From Eledone cirrhosa (taxonomy: Eukaryota), in contig OZ024740.1 of NCBI GenBank assembly GCA_964016885.1, positions 221,774,001-221,838,000 on the forward strand: a stretch of DNA of 64,000 nt, read 5' to 3'. The translations under genes and the position numbers were made by a program. Shown here one piece after another: positions 57,540 to 64,000 of this stretch. The notes beneath the pieces were generated by a model, which saw only the letters and a program-made list of their open reading frames with translations, was not told the DNA's origin and made no database searches. The stretch's first letter is position 1; each line of letters opens with the position of its first letter.

Positions 57540-58599
57540 CGAGAAAGAGGGAGAGACTGAGTGATATATATTTATATACAGAGAGAGAGACCATCAGATG
57601 CATACCCATATGAGGACATGGCTTAGTGGTCACATATTCGATCCCACTACATGACATCTTAGACAAGTACTTTTATTATAACCTCGAGTAGATACAAGTA
57701 TGGCGGGTGGATTGTAGCTGTATCATGTTGGTTCGCCTTGGCTATTATGCTAAGGGTACATGTGCTTTGGAGAACTCAACCACTTAAACGTTAATTCACG
57801 AGTTGGTTATCCAGTTGTTTGAACAACTAAATGTTCGTCGTCGAAACCGGCGGAGGATCCGTCATCATCAGCAGCACACACTCAGGAGTACAAAAAATTA
57901 TTTCTATTAAATACTAGGCACTTGGTCTGTTACGATGACGATTGTTCTATTTGATTCGATCAACTAGAACACTCGTGAAATTAATGTGCGCTCTCCATCG
58001 ATGTATACCCTTAACGTGGTTCTCAGGGAGATTCAGCGTAACACAAAATGTGACAAGGATAACACTTTGAATTACAGGTGAAACTGGGTTTTGACTGCTG
58101 AGTGGTTTGGAGAAACGTGAAATAAAATGTCTTCTAAATAATAAGCATATATAAAATATATGTTGCAGCAGCTTAGTTACGGTTTCGACTATGAGTTCCA
58201 ATTGTTTGATAAACGGAACAGCATGCTCATGAAATTCACGTGTAAGTGGCTGAGCACTCCATAGACACGTATGCACATAAAAATAATTCTCAGGGAGATT
58301 CGGTGGGACACAATGTTTGTCACGACTGATCCTTTGAAATATAGATTATGTTTGTCACGACTGAACCTTTGAAATATAGGTTATAAATCGTTACCCAATT
58401 TCACTCATAAGATTCGGATCTGTTGTAGTCAGTAACGTTTAAGCGTAATGTGTTTGTTGTTGTTGTCGTTGCTGCTGCTGATGTTCAGGAACAAGGACAG
58501 CTCTGTCGCCCTTCCTTAGCCGGGAGGGGCGGCGGGGTGATTTTGACATCGGACTCGGTTCACAGTCAGATCCGTCCTACACATGACAGCTGGTGTTAA

Positions 58600-59598
58600 A
58601 TATAATCCCACAAGCCTGTGATATTCGGACACTGGACGAGTGTGTGCACGACGGTTTCGTCACCATGCGCGCATCTCGGACATGCCCAGCTGACGGCACT
58701 TCCATCAACGCTCTCCGGTAGCACTGCCGGTCCAGAGATTTTTGGAAGTTATTCATAGGCCCTTGACCGAAAGTCCTGCGGAAGAGAACGGCTAGTTGAT
58801 TTTCGTCGACGTCCAGATTTTCCCCAAGAACATTATCGCTTTGACATATTACTAACCCTCTATAGAATGTTGAGGTGGAATTCCCACCGATCGTAGTGCC
58901 CGATTGACTGAGGGCTGTGAACGCCTGAAGACATTCTAGCTTCCAAGCGCTCTCTCTAGGTCTCTGCTTGACTCAGGGTTGTAGCTCTCTCAAAGAGACG
59001 AGCTGTTTAAGTAAAGCTGGAGATGTCGTTGCATTAGCGCATCATCAGCCACGGTATGACCAGTCCTACGCGCAGCGGGTGGTGACAGCAGATAGACTGT
59101 CTGACCATCGGAGTGCGTCCCTCCACAAAAAACGAAAGAGCAAACGCTCTAGTCCAGTCAAACGAAGCTTTGGACAAGGCGCGACCTCTGATTAACTTCT
59201 TCAGGTTTCACTTGAAGAAGAAAATCAGGGTGGCGAAGGAAGTGCTGCCTTCAAAGCAATTTGTTGAAATGTGGGTGAAGGAGACGAGAATGGCCCGAAT
59301 GAATGTGCCTGCTCTGAGCGTGTGTCTGTAGATTTAGTGGGGACACCTGGGGGATGGTACTTGCCCTGGCGGTCAGAGTGACTGTGGATTTTGTAGGATT
59401 TCTCCACGAGTAACCCTGGGAAGTCTCTTACATATTGGGTAGTTTTCTTTTGTTTCTATTTTTTTGTTACATCCTTTGTTTTTGTTTTATGTATTTGCTT
59501 TTACACGCAGGAACGCCCATTTGCACCGTCCTGTGCTGTCCTTAATGTTATACTTTGTGTCAAACCTTGTGGTTAATAAAGAAAACATTATTATTATA
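58600..59598. mobile_element. 5'-inverted, truncated Tx1/L1-like insertion
   Basis: - strand MNNFQKSLDRQCYRRAL; + strand FFRFHLKKKIRVAKEVL..MARMN; aataaa then (ATT)n tail; homologous to the 45457 ORF C-terminus. Confidence 0.8.
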
Positions 59599-60271
59599 GT
59601 GTAGTTACTTTTGCTCACCTGCTTCTTTATAATTCATACATAGAAACATGAATGAATGAATATTTAATTCACATCTTGTCAGTGTGATAAAAAGAACTAA
59701 AGAAAATGAAGAAAACACATTTATTCCCTGGCCGTTTCCTTATCAGAGTAACTTCGTGAATATTAAACTTTATGCTTTACAGACGTATTGAGAAATAATA
59801 GGAAATGTGGCGTATGTATCTTTCCCAGTTTGTGAGAGCGGTACGCGTGAAGTGAAATAGGAACTAAAATGATTACAAGTTCCCTTTACATAAGATGATC
59901 CATTCAATGACATTATTCACATACACAAACAAATACATAAACAAAAACAGCCATCCATTCATGTGCTCTTAACTCCCGTTTGAGCAGGAGGGGTGTCGTA
60001 GGTATATTAAGATGCTCAGTGACATTGGACCTCTAAACCCGACACAGCTCATCCATCACCAAGTACGAATGCGGCCGATTTCTTACAGAGAAAGTGAGAG
60101 ACAAACAGAGAAGGAGAGGAAGCTAGGAAGGATAAAAGAGATATAGAGAAATAATCGACCCAGGACTAGCGTGGTACTATATCAAACAGGAAAGGAGGAA
60201 AGGCAAATATGCGCTCTGTGGGATTTGAACTCAGAACACAGACAGAGGGAATAACGGAAAGCATTATATCC

Positions 60272-60645
60272 TGGATTGGCAGTATCGGTAGAGGGTCGGA
60301 CGCCATGCTTTCCAGCATAGTTACGTCCCTTTATGGTCTGAGTTCAAATCCCGCCGAGGTTGACCTTTTCCTTTCATCCTTACGGGGTCGATAAAATAAA
60401 GTACCAGTAATGTACTGGGTAATTGCTGGCCTTATGCCTAAAGTAGAAACAATTATGTCCGATGGCAGTATCGGTAGAGAGTCGGACACCATGCTTTGAA
60501 GCATAGAGTTACGTCCCTTTATGATCTGAGTTCAAATCTCGCCGAGGTTAACTTTGCCTTTCATCCTTCCGGGGTCGATAAAATAAAGTACCAGTAATGT
60601 ACTGGGTGATTGCTGGTCTTGTGCCTAAAATAGAAACAATTATGT
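60272..60645 (+). mobile_element. SINE dimer, dominant family
   Basis: Two A box/B box/core units, each ending gaaacaattatgtcc. Confidence 0.85.
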
Positions 60646-61960
60646 CCTAAGTCCTGATGATTTTGTCAAGTCATCGCCTAATATAGACATATGTAAACAA
60701 ACATAAACCAAAGCCAAGTCTTATCTCTGAAACTAACCCTGAAACCTACAATAACGTTAACCCTAACACTAAACCTAATCCCAAACACTAACCCTAAACC
60801 ATGAACCACATACAGGTATATTTTGGAAAACAAAACAAGAGCAGTGATCCTCTAGATGCCGAGCTCCTGTACGAGCAAACGTATGTAGTTGCAGTTCCCC
60901 CTCAATAAATTTACATACGTTTTATCTCAATGGCTCGTTTACAGAATGTAGTGTTTGTGTATATTAGTTAATGTTATGTAGTGACGTGATAAGGCGGTGA
61001 TATGGTTAGAACACCGGATAGAATGCTTCGCGGTATTCGTTGTGGTTCTCCGCTCTCTGAGTTTATGTCCCTCTGAGGTAAACTTTGCTTTTCATCCATT
61101 TGATATCAATAAAAAATGTACAGGTATGGGGGCCGATTCTTCCTGTGTGGCTCTTTCTCACTTTCATTTCCTTACTTTCTATCCTTCTCTGGAAGAAATA
61201 TGCTGTATTCTGACCATGAGAAGGAAGGGCTCAGCTAGGTTTTAAAAGTCCCTAGAAACGCTGTATGTCAATACGTCACCCATACGACACCCTTAGGAGT
61301 TACGGGATTAAAAACAAGTGACGCTGGTACATATGTTATGTTCATGATGTGTGAATGCATGTATCTGTATAGAAGAGAAGGGCTTCTTCATGTTACTTAC
61401 TTCATGTGTGCCTATCAAAGAGTAGAATCACTAGTTGATATATCTGATAAATGTACCGCGACCGCAATATTATTTCTAGCATTGGCACAAGTCCAGCAAT
61501 GTTGGTGTAAGGGGAAAGTCGATCATTTTACTGGTACTTTATTTTATTGACCATAAGGATGATAGACAAAGTTGACCTCGGCGTGATTTGAACTCAAGAC
61601 ATAATGAGCTGTAACTAAATGTAACTAAGTCTATTGATTGTCCAGTGCTCTAACGACTATGCCAAACCCCTTCCGTGGAAGTGGGAATTGAGAAAGAGAT
61701 ATAGAGGAGGAATCGAGTCCAGTACTGGACTGGTAGCTTATTTAGGATGAACGGCATTTGAACCCAGATCACAGAGAGCCGGAACCATTCTAACCGACGT
61801 TCTAATGAATAAACGAATTTGTCGTCCTATATAGTAATATTCTATGTAGGGACTCGTAACTCCTGATGGAGTGGTAGGGGCATCGTTGAGGACCACAGCG
61901 TTTCTTTGGCAGTTAAAACCTAGTGGAGCTGATTTCCTCCAGAGACGGAGTGATAGGCAG

Positions 61961-61996
<36 letters not shown>

Positions 61997-62009
61997 CTGC
62001 TTATCTCTC

Positions 62010-62286
62010 CGTGAAAAACTCTTCTATCTCTGTTGGAATTGCAAGAGAGTCTTTTATGGAATGATGTAAGAATAAACTAATAATTTAGCTGCTTCTAATA
62101 TTTCTACATAGCGCGGCGAAGTGGCAGAATCATTAGAACGACGGATAGAATGCTTTGCGGTATTTCTTCCGACTCTCTGCTCTCTGAGTTTACATTTCCT
62201 CGAGGTCTACATTTTCTTTCATCCTTTTCAGGTCAATAAAAATTGTACTATTCCAGCACTAAGGTCGATTCTTCCTCTATATCTAA

Positions 62287-62344
<58 letters not shown>

Positions 62345-62618
62345 GTATATATACGTATATATATATATGAAAAGCACCAGGACCCCGACGGCTGAGCTCC
62401 GGCCGTTTCGACAGCTAGATCCGAACTCAGATCTAGCGCTGTAGAAACGACCGGAGCTCAGCCGTCGGGGTCCTGACTCTTTTCCTATTACCCAATCTAG
62501 TAGATAGTAATAGGAAAAGAGTCAGGACACCGACGGCTGAGCTCCGGTCGTTTCTACAGCGCTAGATCTGAGTTCGGATCAAGCTGTCGAAACGGCCGTC
62601 GGGGTCCTGACGCTTTTC

Positions 62619-62652
<34 letters not shown>

Positions 62653-62927
62653 TTAGATATAGAGGAAGAATCGACCTTAGTGCTGGAATAGTACATTTTT
62701 TATTGACCTGAAAAGGATGAAAGAAAATGTAGACCTCGAGGAAATGTGAACTCAGAGAGCAGAGAGTCGGAAGAAATACCGCAAAGCATTCTATCCGTCC
62801 TTCTAATGATTCTGCCACTTCGGCGCGCTATGTAGAAATATTAGAAGCAGCGAAATTATTAGTTTATTCTTACATCATTCCATGAAAAACTTTCTTGCAA
62901 TTCCAACAGAGATAGAAGAGTTTTTCA
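62010..62927. repeat. ~900-bp inverted duplication centred on two inverted hairpin elements (62369-62619)
   Basis: 62010-62300 mirrors 62640-62927 (mirror ORFs 62121+ and 62579-); centre atctagtagat at ~62500. Confidence 0.85.
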
Positions 62928-64000
62928 TGTTTAAAAACATGTGTTTTGTTGAATTTAAAAGTGTTTGTTTTTTAACATGAGTTCGAATGGGAATAACTTC
63001 ATTGCATCTTAATTAAAAAAAATGAATTGCACAAACGCACAAAAAGATAAACACGTACTGGCACACACACATACATATATATTAGCACAGTGTAGATATT
63101 TAATAACAACATTACTTCAGATAATATATTAATACAACAGTCGCTCATACGAAGAATACTAGGAAGAGTTCCTATTAACCATTTCGTTAACACATTTCTA
63201 ATAAAAGATACTGTCTATTTTTTTCAAATAATTTCGAAAATAACAAGGAATTTGAAGTGATTTTGTAGCACAACTTTCTCATCATTAAGCGGGTGTATGG
63301 AGCACAAGCACAAAGTTTATTACTTAAAACAGATAGGAGGTATTTAGATAAATATAAACATTTGTGTCAGTCGGTTTGGTATAAAATCACAATAAATTTA
63401 TCTAATGATAAATAAAAAAATATGTATATATATGATACAGAAAGAAAGTGAATCTAAAAGGCAAAGAAAAGAACTGATCGTCATATCCCACTAGGTACAT
63501 TATATTTCCATTAGTCTTTTTATTGATGTTACTATCTACCAGCCGCAATTCCTGGTGGAGGAATTAATGTTTTTCAAGTGCCAGGAAGGTGGATTTGAAC
63601 TGAGAACATATAGAATTGGAACAGATATCGCAAAAGGTCCAACTACTCTTTAACAATCTCACTAATTCAGCGCCCATTGACTGGTACTTTATTTATCGAG
63701 CAAGATAGGATGAAAAGCAAACTCGACCTCGTTTGAATTTGAGCTTGGAATATAGCGAGCCAGAACAAATACTAAAATATTTGATCCGGCAGGTTAACGA
63801 CAACAAAACACTCACAACCTCTAAAAGTAGACAGGCACATAAATTACAGAAAATAATCGATAAAAAAAGGACAACGGAACCAATACACTACTTCCACTTG
63901 TCCAAATAAGAATATTTAGGTTTTACTACAGAACACACACACACAAACACATATATATATATATATATATAGGCATTGTTTATAGATTGGCATTGTTTAT

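Noticed and set aside
60734-60805. Degenerate (TAACCC)n as a telomere or fusion scar
   Set aside because: Short and degenerate; such tracts are common inside non-autonomous transposons

Overview
This is AT-rich, repeat-saturated eukaryotic intergenic or intronic DNA. The SINE and microsatellite content suggests an octopus or other cephalopod genome (inference). I cannot support any host protein-coding gene, and most short ORFs are microsatellite artefacts. The window holds many tRNA-derived SINEs, a near full-length but inactivated Tx1/L1-clade LINE in (GATA)n, several restriction-like-endonuclease (R4/Dong-like) LINE ends in (CATA)n, RTE fragments, non-autonomous Helitrons and MITEs. The main hidden signal is a set of type I hammerhead ribozyme (HHR) motifs from at least five unrelated Penelope-like or retrozyme-like families. 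The clearest is a nearly homogeneous 591-bp tandem-plus-inverted array (3648-8110) with eight HHRs carrying a U3:A8 core and a long stem II insert. A ~430-bp HHR repeat is fused to a Penelope-like RT fragment. A family of (TA)n-embedded hairpins looks like HHR 3' halves folded back on stem II. All motif and pairing calls were made by eye, with no database searches.
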